Shown: positions 7,696 through 17,737 of the stretch, piece after piece
Numbering within the stretch: the first letter of the stretch is position 1
How the letters are laid out: every line of letters starts with the position of its first letter
Source: a virus
Taxonomy: Duplodnaviria > Caudoviricetes
Direction: 5' to 3' (one strand)
DNA length: 36,899 bases
IMG/VR virus record: IMGVR_UViG_3300046786_000150
Span: 1 to 36,899 of that record
Translations under genes and position numbers: made by a program
Notes under the pieces: model-generated
Databases searched by the model: none
Told to the model about the DNA's origin: nothing
What the model saw: only the letters and a program-made list of their open reading frames with translations

Positions 7696-7865
7696 AACTT
7701 CCCCCAACTAAACTTCAGCCATATTCTTTCATGTATATAGTGAAAGATTGTCATTGCAATGTTTATTACTATTGCTCCTTCTAAGCCGGTAAAAACGGCT
7801 GTGACAGCCGTTGCAGTAACTCTCCAACTTGCCGCTCGGGCAATCGTTCTTGTGTGTGATTCCAT
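7680..7865 (-). CDS. DUF2061-like small membrane protein
   Basis: MESHTRTIARAASWR...HYIHERIW...WG pattern; start moved to the ATG following SD GGAG. Confidence 0.75.
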   Translation of the reverse strand: MESHTRTIARAASWRVTATAVTAVFTGLEGAIVINIAMTIFHYIHERIWLKFSWGKLKEAH

Positions 7866-7926
7866 AATTTCTCCCAAATCATTTTATTTATGGGCAGAGT
7901 AAAAATATTATAGTAGTATATATTTG

Positions 7927-8871
7927 TCACCAGATGAAATTCTTTTTATAATACTTGATGATATCTTTGAGATTCTTATCAAAGTTAGCAACGGGTTGCC
8001 ATCCTAAAGACTTTAACTTAGTATCGTCTACACTATAACGAACATCGTGCCCTATACGTTTTACTGTTTTATCTAAGTGACTGTCTGGGTCGCCCTTCAA
8101 GCCCATGATATCAATAATTTTTCTCGCAACTACAATGTTCTGTTCTTCATAATTGCCAGAGATATTGTAGATATCATTAGTGACTCCGCTTTCAATAATC
8201 TTAATAATAGCATTGGCTGTGTCACCTACGTATAGCCAAGTTCTATAAGGTAAACCCTCATCGTGTAATGGAGCTTTCTTGCCCAATGTCAAGTACTTAA
8301 TTGTGTGAGGTATAAACTTCTCTGTGTATTGTCCAATGCCATAGTTATTAGTTGGTCTAACAATAACATATGGAACCTTGTATGTTCTTGCCCATGCTAA
8401 GATAAGCATATCAGCCGCGGCCTTTGTAGCAGAGTATGGATTACTAGGCTTAAGTAAGTGTGATTCATGGTGCGCTCCTGTTACTATATCACCATACACT
8501 TCATCAGTACTAAAGTGTAATAACGTTGGCATCTTAAACTTGAATTTACCTTGAATCAATTTTAGTAAGTGATGCACTCCATCAATGTTACTATGTACAA
8601 ATGCATCACTATTTGCAATACTGTTATCTACGTGTGTTTCGGCAGCAGTGTTTATGATGTAATCACATTCATATAACACATCAATGTCGTTGATATCCTT
8701 TTGTTCAAACACAAAGTTTTCATACTTTTGTAAGTCTGGTAGTAGATTGATATTGGCTGCATATGTTATTTTATCAATACCTCTAACAAACCATCCTTTA
8801 TCCAAACAAGCACGGGTAACATGATACCCGATAAATCCTAAACATCCGGTTACATAAACAATTTTCTTCAT
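7927..8871 (-). CDS. rfbB: NDP(dTDP)-glucose 4,6-dehydratase
   Basis: TGCLGFIG, DKITYA, AAETHVDNSI, STDEVYG, PSNPYSATKA, NNYG..Q..EKFIP, R.GHD.RY. Confidence 0.9.
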   Translation of the reverse strand: MKKIVYVTGCLGFIGYHVTRACLDKGWFVRGIDKITYAANINLLPDLQKYENFVFEQKDINDIDVLYECDYIINTAAETHVDNSIANSDAFVHSNIDGVHHLLKLIQGKFKFKMPTLLHFSTDEVYGDIVTGAHHESHLLKPSNPYSATKAAADMLILAWARTYKVPYVIVRPTNNYGIGQYTEKFIPHTIKYLTLGKKAPLHDEGLPYRTWLYVGDTANAIIKIIESGVTNDIYNISGNYEEQNIVVARKIIDIMGLKGDPDSHLDKTVKRIGHDVRYSVDDTKLKSLGWQPVANFDKNLKDIIKYYKKNFIW

Positions 8872-9662
8872 TTGTATCTCTCTAATCCTATATCAGTTCC
8901 AAGTCTTGGTAAATTTAAACTCTGTAATCTATCACTGTTTCCAGTGTATGCTAGTTCACTATAATCACCAAATGTAATATTGTCACCTGTTAACTTATGA
9001 ATGTTGCAAAATCTTTTTACAAACTCACTAAGTAACATCTTCTCAGGGTACGTTACATTGATGTCCTTATAGTTGGGATCCTCGTTGATATAATATTCAA
9101 CTACTGGAAGTAAGTCCTCTAGAAACAAGTAATCAAAGTACTTATCTTCTAACACCATTGGCGTATTAGATATTATCTTAGGTAACAGTCTACGTTTGGC
9201 TTCAGTAGGGTAAAATACTCCAAACAGTCTGAGAATGTACCAATTATCAGTAACGTATGCGATACGACTACATGCATTTTTGCTCATCCCGTATGTATCT
9301 AATGGATTACATGAAAATAATTCATCTTCTACTACATTATTGAGAGGGCGACTGCGATCAAACTCAGCCCCCGATCCAAAGTGAATAACTCTACCAAATG
9401 CATTACGTGATGCATATACATTCGTAAAAGTACAGAAGTTATCTTTTGCTACTGAAACGTCAGCATCCATTCTACTATCAGAATTGGCAGCAGCATTTAT
9501 AACAACATCAAATGGATGTGTGTTGAAATAGTTAGTTGTGTCAGTATGATTAGATAAGTCAACAACTTGCCTAGTCACGGGAGTCACGTTAAATTTCAGT
9601 GATAGACTATCAGTAAGAAACTTTCCAACTGTGCCGTTTGCACCTAGTACAGCGATTCTCAT
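8868..9662 (-). CDS. NAD-dependent sugar epimerase/reductase (extended SDR)
   Basis: GANGTVG Rossmann motif, FGSGAEF, YGMSK (YxxxK), LRLFGVF. Confidence 0.85.
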   Translation of the reverse strand: MRIAVLGANGTVGKFLTDSLSLKFNVTPVTRQVVDLSNHTDTTNYFNTHPFDVVINAAANSDSRMDADVSVAKDNFCTFTNVYASRNAFGRVIHFGSGAEFDRSRPLNNVVEDELFSCNPLDTYGMSKNACSRIAYVTDNWYILRLFGVFYPTEAKRRLLPKIISNTPMVLEDKYFDYLFLEDLLPVVEYYINEDPNYKDINVTYPEKMLLSEFVKRFCNIHKLTGDNITFGDYSELAYTGNSDRLQSLNLPRLGTDIGLERYK

Positions 9663-10192
9663 TTGCCGTAATCCGGAAACTCTACTAAAATGGTACTGCG
9701 TGTGTTGTTGTATGCTTGTTGATACCCTGGTAATATAGACTCAGGATCAGTTAGTTCAACTATGTCAATGTTCTTACACATCAATCTAAACGCATCAGCA
9801 AAATTACCTTTGTGTTGATCCTGCGGATCTACTGGCATCTCACTTCCCTTAGCAACACGAATGATTACTTTTGGATTACACTTACCATCACTCATTGAAC
9901 TCATCTTGTCTAAGTGATTTACAATCTGATCGGTTGCACACAATAGAAAGTTCCAGCGAGGCACAACACTTACTGGTACAAAGCCATTGATAGCCATTCC
10001 AGTACTAACACCTATTTGAAAATTCTCTGCTACAGGAAATTCCATTTTCTTATTGTTAGGAATCTCAGTCAAACTATCATAGCATCCAGTACCAGCATAA
10101 CAAACTGCTTGTCCAAGAATCATTACATTTTCTTGTGCACCTAACCAGTTCATTGCTTCTTTAAGTTTTTGATTATATAACTGTGTACTCAT
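9659..10192 (-). CDS. TPP-enzyme beta-like subunit (pyrimidine-binding domain of PDH-E1 beta/transketolase type)
   Basis: EFPVAENFQIG...GMAING, F...A.DQIVN, IIRV, QH; lacks the C-terminal domain of full E1 beta. Confidence 0.85.
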   Translation of the reverse strand: MSTQLYNQKLKEAMNWLGAQENVMILGQAVCYAGTGCYDSLTEIPNNKKMEFPVAENFQIGVSTGMAINGFVPVSVVPRWNFLLCATDQIVNHLDKMSSMSDGKCNPKVIIRVAKGSEMPVDPQDQHKGNFADAFRLMCKNIDIVELTDPESILPGYQQAYNNTRSTILVEFPDYGK

Positions 10193-10812
10193 TAGAATTG
10201 TACCCTTACTCCAGCACCTGCATGTGGATATTTTGTATTCTTGTATTTGTAATAGATTAGATGAGTATTCTCATACCAGGTTAAATTCTGATGTGGCAGA
10301 TACCATTTGTTCTCACCCCACATTTCGTGAGTAGGAGTCATTACACTTAGTTCGTTATCTTCTACTACAAATGTTATGGGTAAGTCTTGTGCTACTGCAT
10401 ATTTGTATGCTTCTGTCCAAGCACCTGTTTCTGCACTCATGTCACCAGTCCAACACCATACTCTTTCACTACTACCTTTTAATTTAGCAGCCAATGCAAT
10501 GCCAGTAGCAATACTAGGTATGCCACCTACTATACTTGAACAGATAAATTTATACTCAGGTAAATTCATAACCATGCTTTTACCTGCTAAGATTCTTTCT
10601 TTCAACACATCAGGTGGTATGCCCTTAAGCAGTGCTTGATAATGGTTACGCCATGTACAGCAGATCCAATCATTCTTTACATCAATATTTTCAAAGACAC
10701 GCATGATTTGTTCTTCATTATCTGCATATAAATGAATGGGTGCTTTGATTTTAGCGGCATTGAACATGTCGCCTATTTCTCGTTCAAAGTCAATTAGTTC
10801 TTGTTTGCTCAT
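10192..10812 (-). CDS. TPP-enzyme alpha-like subunit (short PDH-E1 alpha type)
   Basis: PIHL, WRNHYQALLKG, SIVGG, GD(M)...FVVEDN TPP-binding motif. Confidence 0.85.
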   Translation of the reverse strand: MSKQELIDFEREIGDMFNAAKIKAPIHLYADNEEQIMRVFENIDVKNDWICCTWRNHYQALLKGIPPDVLKERILAGKSMVMNLPEYKFICSSIVGGIPSIATGIALAAKLKGSSERVWCWTGDMSAETGAWTEAYKYAVAQDLPITFVVEDNELSVMTPTHEMWGENKWYLPHQNLTWYENTHLIYYKYKNTKYPHAGAGVRVQF

Positions 10813-12128
10813 ACAAATAAACTCATAAATCCATCGACCTTTTCGCCAATGTATTGAATTTGTTCTGGAGTAATTACTGGGCTAGTGCCATGGAAGAATG
10901 TGTTAGTCATTACCATAGTTGCTACAGGGAAGTCATCTTTTGCTTTCTGTGGATCCATGATGTGACTATATGCTGGTTGTAGCATAATATTGCCAGCAAA
11001 GTAAGGACGAGTTTGAATCAAGTTTTCTTCTAAGTAGTCAACAATATCAGTTCGTTTAAACGGTGCGTTCTCTCTGATAGTCAAAGGAAATGCGAACCAA
11101 CTTGGGTCTGATTTATGTTGTGCTCTAGGTAAGTGGAAGAATTCTTCATACTTTTCATAGATATTGAATAGTAGTTGATAGTTACGTCGGCGAAGTGCAT
11201 GTATCTCATCTAACTTCTTAAGTTGTTCTAAGCCCATAGCACCTTGAATTTCAATTGGCTTTAAGTTGTACCCAATCTCATCGTAAACATATTTGTGGTC
11301 AAATATTTCTCCGGGCATAGTAGGGATCCATTCTTTGAATCTATTGCCACATGTACCACACTTTAATTTATTAGCTTCTGGTCCTACACAATAACACCCT
11401 CTACCCCACTCACGGAAACTACGTAGAATGATTTCTTGTTCGTAAGTGTTACAGGCGACATATCCACCCTCACCCATAGTCATATGATGTGCTGGATAGA
11501 AACTACAGCTAGCCATCTCACCAAAGCTGCCCAATGGCTTCCCATCATAAGTACTTCCTAGTGCATCGCAACAATCTTCCAATAAAATAAGATTATATTC
11601 TTTTACTAACTCCATCAACTTGTCCATGTTAGGGGGATTACCTAATACGTGAGCAAACGTAATGATTTTAATATCTGGGTTTTGCTTTAGTGTTTCTTCT
11701 ACTTGGTCTAAGTTAAGATTCAATGTATCTAGTTCAATGTCAACAAACACTGGAGTGAATCCTAACTGTAGTGTAGGATTTAGTGTAGTAGGGAACCCCG
11801 CAATAGGCATTAATACTTTAGTGCCTTTAGGTAAGTTATATCCTCGTTTACTGGTCAATGAAGCCATCATCAACAAATTGCTACTAGACCCACTGTTAGT
11901 AACAATACCGTTATCTTTGCCGAATTGTTTGGGGAACTCTCTTTCAAATTTAAGAGCTTTGTCTCCCATAACTAACCATCCGCCTAGTAAACTCTCTGCG
12001 GCAGATACAAACTCATCTGCATTAAAATATGGTCCAGCATAGTTAACAAAGTCTTTGCCTGCTGTCCACGTTTTGTTTTCTTGTTTTTGCTCAATGTAAG
12101 CACGTATTTGATTTAAGATTTCTTTCAT
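10809..12128 (-). CDS. rfbH: NDP-4-keto-6-deoxyglucose 3-dehydrase (RfbH/DdhC, PMP-dependent)
   Basis: NSGSSSNLL, FPTTLNP, AHVLGNP, EDCCDALGS, SFYPAHHMTMGEGG (His in place of the Schiff-base Lys), WGRGCYC..CGTC, DHKY.Y..IGYNLK. Start reassigned to MKEILNQ (ATGA overlap with the upstream stop). Confidence 0.92.
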   Translation of the reverse strand: MKEILNQIRAYIEQKQENKTWTAGKDFVNYAGPYFNADEFVSAAESLLGGWLVMGDKALKFEREFPKQFGKDNGIVTNSGSSSNLLMMASLTSKRGYNLPKGTKVLMPIAGFPTTLNPTLQLGFTPVFVDIELDTLNLNLDQVEETLKQNPDIKIITFAHVLGNPPNMDKLMELVKEYNLILLEDCCDALGSTYDGKPLGSFGEMASCSFYPAHHMTMGEGGYVACNTYEQEIILRSFREWGRGCYCVGPEANKLKCGTCGNRFKEWIPTMPGEIFDHKYVYDEIGYNLKPIEIQGAMGLEQLKKLDEIHALRRRNYQLLFNIYEKYEEFFHLPRAQHKSDPSWFAFPLTIRENAPFKRTDIVDYLEENLIQTRPYFAGNIMLQPAYSHIMDPQKAKDDFPVATMVMTNTFFHGTSPVITPEQIQYIGEKVDGFMSLFV

Positions 12129-12775
12129 TTGACGATGTATTGACTGTAATGTTGTGCGAATCTGATTCGATTTTCTAATGTGTTTGCTGGCCAATGCATT
12201 GCCCAGTCGCCCGGTTCCCATTGACCACTAGTACCTAGATGATCTATATAATGATAGAGTCCGTTCCATAGTTTATAGTCGTATGAATTCATATGACGTT
12301 GTGGTACAATTTTTATAGTTTGTTGAAAGTGTGGCAAAGTATCTTTCATAATCTTTTGCTCTCCCTCCCAGTACCCATTGAGTGAGGGCAATACATCTTC
12401 TACCATCTTCCAATAACTACGGCTACCTTCGTTATTTTTAATGAGAATACTGTCAGCGTTTATGCCGTTACAGTCTGTTGCAAGAACCATGTTATAATTA
12501 TCGTCTACTTTGTCTTCCATTTTGACTGTGAAGTTAGTAACGATTAAGTCACATCCCGTCCACCAAACCCATTCAAAGTTTCTAGGATCGTTTAACATTC
12601 TGTTGATGAACGCTACCTTTTGTCGTTGTATTGAAGGCATATCACTACCATCTGGAATCTTTTCCATTTCACAGTGATATCCATATTGTTCTGCGTATGG
12701 TATTTTGTTTCCATACCATGTAAGTTTAGCCAATGGCTCATATAAATTGTTATGATGGCTTATGATTGCGTACAT
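12125..12775 (-). CDS. Putative glycosyltransferase (GT34/MNN10-like)
   Basis: EWVWW.GCD.I..N, D.NGINA..ILIKN, EQ, MNSY, W.PGDW..H.P pattern; late-type ATAAATA at 12797-12803 (-). Confidence 0.7.
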   Translation of the reverse strand: MYAIISHHNNLYEPLAKLTWYGNKIPYAEQYGYHCEMEKIPDGSDMPSIQRQKVAFINRMLNDPRNFEWVWWTGCDLIVTNFTVKMEDKVDDNYNMVLATDCNGINADSILIKNNEGSRSYWKMVEDVLPSLNGYWEGEQKIMKDTLPHFQQTIKIVPQRHMNSYDYKLWNGLYHYIDHLGTSGQWEPGDWAMHWPANTLENRIRFAQHYSQYIVK

Positions 12776-12859
12776 TCTATTCCTTAAATGTAGCTATATT
12801 TATTTTGAGGGGGTATCATAGGAATTTTTTCAAAACAACATGATTTATTAAATATGGTT

Positions 12860-13114
12860 ATGGCAATCAACAACTCATTAGATTGGAACAGCGAAGGTAT
12901 TCGTTTACAATACCAGATACAAAGTATTGGGTATAATCCCGACCTTCAAAAAGTGTTTAATAATATAGGTAAGATGGTTGATGAGTTAAGCAAGATTGAA
13001 GTAGTGGCTAGACGAACTCACGTTAACCATTATGCAAAAAACAAAGTAGAGGAAATCAATCAAGCGATTGATAGACTTGAAAAGTTATTGTTAATTGCTA
13101 GATTGATGCAGTAA
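12860..13114 (+). CDS. Hypothetical helical protein
   Basis: ORF; start at 12860 chosen because it lies 5 nt after TTAAATA (12848-12854). Confidence 0.65.
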   Translation: MAINNSLDWNSEGIRLQYQIQSIGYNPDLQKVFNNIGKMVDELSKIEVVARRTHVNHYAKNKVEEINQAIDRLEKLLLIARLMQ

Positions 13115-13933
13115 AGTATCTTTTTTGGGGTATCTGTCCCACCACTTTTTCCAATCAACCAATTCATCTATCTCAGTATCATACTGCATGTGCAGTGCTA
13201 CACTGGGCATAGGTACTAATAAATGATATCCGCGTGTTTGAAATAGTTGATTTATGGTTTTATCTTCCATGTATTCATTTATTTCATGGGTACCCATTTT
13301 ATAAAACAGATCCCAGTTATCTATGATTATTTGATGGAATGTCATAAAACAACTTGCAGTTGCGTTTTGTGTTCTCCAATGACGATGTGGAGTTTTCATT
13401 ATATGACTCTGTTTCCAGACGTTTACTGGAATGTAATATTGTGCAGGGTCATCATATGGAAATATGCTAACTAAGCTGTTAGTGTTCTTTGTAGCAATAG
13501 CCATTACATCTAGCATTTCAGATAATGCTGTAGTATCGTATAAGTAATCATCCTGAGCAAAATAGACAATATCTTTTCCGTAATCTCTACCATGCTCGTA
13601 ACATTTTAGTATACTTGGCATTATACCATAAGTTTCGGTAGGAATAAATTGTGTTTTAAATTTGGCTAAACTTAAATTGTATTTGATATCACTAACAGAT
13701 TCCGGATCACTATGGTCATCATATACTACTAGTTCAAATTCAAATTTATCGTTTACATGTTTTGTTTCCACACAATGGTTGATTGTATCTACTAGACTTC
13801 TAGAGCATCGGCGAGTAACTTCAGCTTTTGAATCGCTACAAAATCTTTTTTGATCTGTTAGTTTGGCATAGACTTGACTATCACCTTTGCTATGCGATTG
13901 TAATATGATTAATACATGAATTTTTTCGTACAT
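13091..13933 (-). CDS. Putative GT-A fold glycosyltransferase
   Basis: VYDDHS, IVYFAQDDYLY (xDD motif), P.PS.ALH; GTAAATA 5 nt before ATG 13933. Confidence 0.65.
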   Translation of the reverse strand: MYEKIHVLIILQSHSKGDSQVYAKLTDQKRFCSDSKAEVTRRCSRSLVDTINHCVETKHVNDKFEFELVVYDDHSDPESVSDIKYNLSLAKFKTQFIPTETYGIMPSILKCYEHGRDYGKDIVYFAQDDYLYDTTALSEMLDVMAIATKNTNSLVSIFPYDDPAQYYIPVNVWKQSHIMKTPHRHWRTQNATASCFMTFHQIIIDNWDLFYKMGTHEINEYMEDKTINQLFQTRGYHLLVPMPSVALHMQYDTEIDELVDWKKWWDRYPKKDTLLHQSSN

Positions 13934-13966
13934 CATTATATTTACATAATAGATGTTACGACAAAA

Positions 13967-14467
13967 TTATTCTAATGGGTTTACTGGCCAAACTGCAACA
14001 TCAATAGTTTGGGTAGGATCCATGTCACGCAATGATTGACGATATGTCAATACCGCAGTAAGTTGTTCCTGTGTTAATGTTGTTGGAATGTTTAATAATT
14101 GTTCTTCTTGGTGACGTTGAAGCACCCAATCAGTTTCATATAACTTACCAACAATGATGCCGGCTATAGTTGGTACTGGTACTTGATTGTTTGGATCATT
14201 TATACCTGCAGTACAAATATCATCAAAATTACTAGCTACCCAAGACATTTCTACAGAATCTGGAGATGTATCAATCTCGTTGTTTGTTCTTTCTACGATA
14301 AACATGTTTCTACTAGGTTCGTAACTTAACATTCGTGTAGTACTACTATATGGATAGTTAGTAGTTGATAAGAAGTATTCTACACTTGAGAATAGAAATT
14401 CAGTTCCGTTATTTCTTCCAGATACTGTTTGGTTATATAAATCTATATTTAAAAATGAATTGTCCAT
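13967..14467 (-). CDS. Phage tail-fibre assembly chaperone-like protein
   Basis: C-terminal L.ETDW...RH.E.....TTLT.EQ......YRQ.LRD......WP..P motif; follows two fibre genes. Confidence 0.75.
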   Translation of the reverse strand: MDNSFLNIDLYNQTVSGRNNGTEFLFSSVEYFLSTTNYPYSSTTRMLSYEPSRNMFIVERTNNEIDTSPDSVEMSWVASNFDDICTAGINDPNNQVPVPTIAGIIVGKLYETDWVLQRHQEEQLLNIPTTLTQEQLTAVLTYRQSLRDMDPTQTIDVAVWPVNPLE

Positions 14468-14470
14468 TTG

Positions 14471-15604
14471 TTATCCTTTGTATTGTATAAATGCTACACT
14501 AATTGCAGGTGGGCTATAATCGAAACTAGTTAGATTAGCACCGGCCCCGTGAGTATGTGAGGCAGATTGTGTATTATGTGCGAATAGTTCATATCTTGAG
14601 GCAGCAGTACTATCGCTAGAGTAATGATAATGGCTCCAAGCATTAGTAGAAATTGTTGTACCTGATAATGATCCTGATAATGCCGTAGAAGTATCCCAGG
14701 CTGTTACTGAGCTGTTAGAGTATCCTAAAAAATAATCAGTCATATCTATAGTACCATTAGTACCGTCACATAATTTCCAATTAGATGGGAGTGAGGACAA
14801 CGTACCTACATACATTAAAACTAAGTCTGTTGTTATTATTGAAGCACTAGCAGTTAGCCATAATTTTAAAAGTTTACTTCTAATAGAACTTACAGTAAGA
14901 ATAGAACTTATAGTATGTGTATGCGAACCTTGAGTGGAACCTAATTTGTATATGCCTTGCGGTGGATTAGTAGTTCCGCCGGTACCACGATTTGCGGTTG
15001 TGTGTGAGTGGGAACCGCCAGTGGTGCTAGTACCGCCTACAGATGTGGTTATTGGGTTACCATCGGTAACTCCATTTCCTCCCTGTAAGTATCGTGTTGA
15101 CGTTGATGCTAATTTCTCTGTCCATCCACCTGAATTGGTAGGTGATATATGTATTGTACCTGATGGAAAACTAGTCAGGTCAGTGGTAGCTCTAAGTAAA
15201 GTAATTGAAGTATTGTATGGTCTTATTGAATTACTGATACTGGATTTGACAAAACTGTGCGTATGAGAACCAGCCGTGTTTTGTTGACCCGGTAAAACAC
15301 TTCCGGCATTTGGACCGGTTGTATAATTCAAATTAGCAGTACCGGTATGAGTACCTGCTGAAGTTAAAGTTACAATTACTGATCCACTAGCTGTTGCTGC
15401 GGCTGTAGTTCCTATAGATCCTTGAGTAGTTGTTCCTTTTAGATAGTATCCATCTGCTGTTGTGTACCTAGCCCAGTCACTAAGTCCAGGATCTGTACCG
15501 TTGTACATAATTAGACTATCTGCCGGAATGACTGCTCCAACCGGTGGCGCACTAGAGCTAGAAGCCCATCTACCATATTGTCCTGCTAATCCAAATCTGC
15601 TCAT
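14471..15604 (-). CDS. Tail fibre/receptor-binding tip protein with HxH motifs and a collar-like domain
   Basis: Ser/Thr/Gly-rich; repeated HTH/HSH metal-binding motifs; LPSNWKLCDGTNGT.DM collar motif. Confidence 0.75.
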   Translation of the reverse strand: MSRFGLAGQYGRWASSSSAPPVGAVIPADSLIMYNGTDPGLSDWARYTTADGYYLKGTTTQGSIGTTAAATASGSVIVTLTSAGTHTGTANLNYTTGPNAGSVLPGQQNTAGSHTHSFVKSSISNSIRPYNTSITLLRATTDLTSFPSGTIHISPTNSGGWTEKLASTSTRYLQGGNGVTDGNPITTSVGGTSTTGGSHSHTTANRGTGGTTNPPQGIYKLGSTQGSHTHTISSILTVSSIRSKLLKLWLTASASIITTDLVLMYVGTLSSLPSNWKLCDGTNGTIDMTDYFLGYSNSSVTAWDTSTALSGSLSGTTISTNAWSHYHYSSDSTAASRYELFAHNTQSASHTHGAGANLTSFDYSPPAISVAFIQYKG

Positions 15605-15606
15605 TA

Positions 15607-17646
15607 TTATCCGTAAGTTGATGCTTGGCCTAATAACGTACTAGCTCCTAGGCTAGAAGTATATATCAAAGCAAATGTTACGAGGTCTACTTTGTTTGCA
15701 TTGCCACTAGGAGCACTGCCGTTTAACCAACTCAATGTCATTGGTGTTCCGTTAACTTGAACCGCAGTTGGCATGTATGGTGTAGCACCTTGAACTATTG
15801 CTAATGTGAATATAAATGACCTATTGGATGAAGTTGTGGGCACGTTAGTAAAGTTGGCTGTAAAGTTATCAGCAGGAGAAGTATGATAAAAGTTTACCCC
15901 TGTGTTAAAGTCATGTGTAACTGTACCAGTCGCACCTGATTTTAATATTACAACTTCAGTTGATGATGTAAGAGTAGCTAAGCCATTAAACTGTGTATTA
16001 ACCGCAGTTAATAAGTTAGCAGTTTTATTGAATGTTAATCCAGCTGTTCCACCAAATGAACCGCCATCGTTAAATTGGACAAACGTATCACTACCGCCCG
16101 GTGTTCCACCTGATGATACTGTAGCCCAACTTAATGTGCCAGATCCATCAGTTGATAGATACTGACCTGACGATCCACCAGTAATTTTAACATTACCGAC
16201 TGGACCTAAACTTGACACTCCGGTGACTGTAATATTACCTGTTTTTGATACAGAAAACTTACTAGTTCCACCTACTTGCAAGTCCATTAATAAACTTGCA
16301 GTTGCACTATTTGTGTCAGTTATATTTTCTTTTATGCCAGTAAAAGCAACACTTGCATTGTTCCATGTTTGTGCAAATGATATCGGGTTAGATGCAATTA
16401 GCCCGCCTGAAGATACAGACAATCCAGTTAATGTACCCGTACTTGTGATATTTGGCTGTGTCGCAGTTGTAACAGTTCCCGCAGTTAGTACACCTGTTAC
16501 TCCTGCACCATCTCCGACAAACTTGGCAGCATGTACATTACCTTGTACACCTACACCACCTGCAACTTTCAACGCACCTGTTGTTGTGCTTATTGCGGCG
16601 GTTGTTGATGTTATGTTAGCTAATGTGGATATAGTGACTGAACTAGCTGTTAATGTAGTGATGTTTCCAGTAGTGATGTTTCCAGTTGTCGCCGATATTG
16701 TTGCAGCACTAACACCATTAGTAACAGTTAAGCTATCACCTGACATAGCACCTACTACAGTTAGATTTGATAAGTTACCTACGCTAGTGATTAATGGTTG
16801 CGCGGCCGTAATTAATGTACCCTGCAAATAATTTCCAACTACTAGATTTCCTAAATTAGTTGTTGACGGAGTACCTGAAGTAGTGCCAATAGTTATATTA
16901 CCTGATGTGGTTGCACTAATCGCTGCACTTGGTCCCATTTTAATGGTAGTACCTGACAAGTATAAGTCTCTCCAGCGATGTGTTGCATCACCAAGATCAT
17001 ACACTTCATTTAATGAAGGTATCAACGGCCCGACAACATGATCCGTAACACTCAAACTACCTACATTTGCTATGCCAGTCGTAATTAAATTTCCAGCAGT
17101 GGTATTACCGGTTATTGATAAACTTGTTAATGTGCCCACTGAAGTGATATTTGGTTGGGCAGCAGTTGTTACTGTACCTGCAATAGTTGAACTAGGTACA
17201 GTACCGGTGACGTTTGCTCCGGTTAAAGTTGATAGTCTCGACCCATTTCCTGTAAATGAACCTGATATGTTTGTTGCAGATAACGTGCTAGTTCCAGTGT
17301 TAAATGTAAAACTAGAACTACCTGCAAATGTACCTGAACTGTTGTATTGTACTTCAGTATCATTGCCACCTGGAGTAGTAGATCCTTGTGCGATCCAAGA
17401 CAAATCTCCTAAACCATCAGTAGATAATACATATCCTGACGATCCTCCTGAGATTGACACACCTGACACATCTCCTAATACTGCACTTTGGGTGACTGCT
17501 AAATTAGATACGGTATAGGTATCTATGCTAGCACTGGCTAGCACCGTACTTACCCTATTCCAGACAGAACTGGAAGTATCATATTGATACAAAATACCGT
17601 TAATTGTTATTTGCTGTCCGTTTATGGGATTGACTGGCCAACTCAT
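15607..17646 (-). CDS. Long tail fibre-like virion protein with internal repeats
   Basis: Thr/Gly/Ser-rich; duplicated GGSSG..LSTDG.G.LSW...PGG.DT.VQ(Y/F)N module; three TA(A/T)QP.ITS.G.L repeats; YDLG....RWRDLYLSG; CTAAATA at 17667-17673 (-). Confidence 0.8.
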   Translation of the reverse strand: MSWPVNPINGQQITINGILYQYDTSSSVWNRVSTVLASASIDTYTVSNLAVTQSAVLGDVSGVSISGGSSGYVLSTDGLGDLSWIAQGSTTPGGNDTEVQYNSSGTFAGSSSFTFNTGTSTLSATNISGSFTGNGSRLSTLTGANVTGTVPSSTIAGTVTTAAQPNITSVGTLTSLSITGNTTAGNLITTGIANVGSLSVTDHVVGPLIPSLNEVYDLGDATHRWRDLYLSGTTIKMGPSAAISATTSGNITIGTTSGTPSTTNLGNLVVGNYLQGTLITAAQPLITSVGNLSNLTVVGAMSGDSLTVTNGVSAATISATTGNITTGNITTLTASSVTISTLANITSTTAAISTTTGALKVAGGVGVQGNVHAAKFVGDGAGVTGVLTAGTVTTATQPNITSTGTLTGLSVSSGGLIASNPISFAQTWNNASVAFTGIKENITDTNSATASLLMDLQVGGTSKFSVSKTGNITVTGVSSLGPVGNVKITGGSSGQYLSTDGSGTLSWATVSSGGTPGGSDTFVQFNDGGSFGGTAGLTFNKTANLLTAVNTQFNGLATLTSSTEVVILKSGATGTVTHDFNTGVNFYHTSPADNFTANFTNVPTTSSNRSFIFTLAIVQGATPYMPTAVQVNGTPMTLSWLNGSAPSGNANKVDLVTFALIYTSSLGASTLLGQASTYG

Positions 17647-17682
17647 TGTTATTCCTTAATACTAAGTATTTAGCTTTTTCGG

Positions 17683-17711
17683 TTGACAATAAATCAGTTT
17701 GGTCATATAAT
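17683..17711 (+). promoter_or_regulatory. Early sigma70 promoter, copy 1 (TTGACAATAAATC family)
   Basis: TTGACA-17-TATAAT. Confidence 0.9.
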
Positions 17712-17737
17712 ATATGTATTGATTGAAAGGAATATAT

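Noticed and set aside
9659-10812. Pyruvate dehydrogenase as a central-metabolism auxiliary gene
   Set aside because: Both subunits are much shorter than E1 alpha/beta, there is no E2 or E3, and they lie inside a sugar-nucleotide operon.
12129-12221. N-terminal extension of RfbH in the ORF track (470 aa)
   Set aside because: It overlaps the upstream GT gene; the ATGA-coupled start at 12128 fits better.
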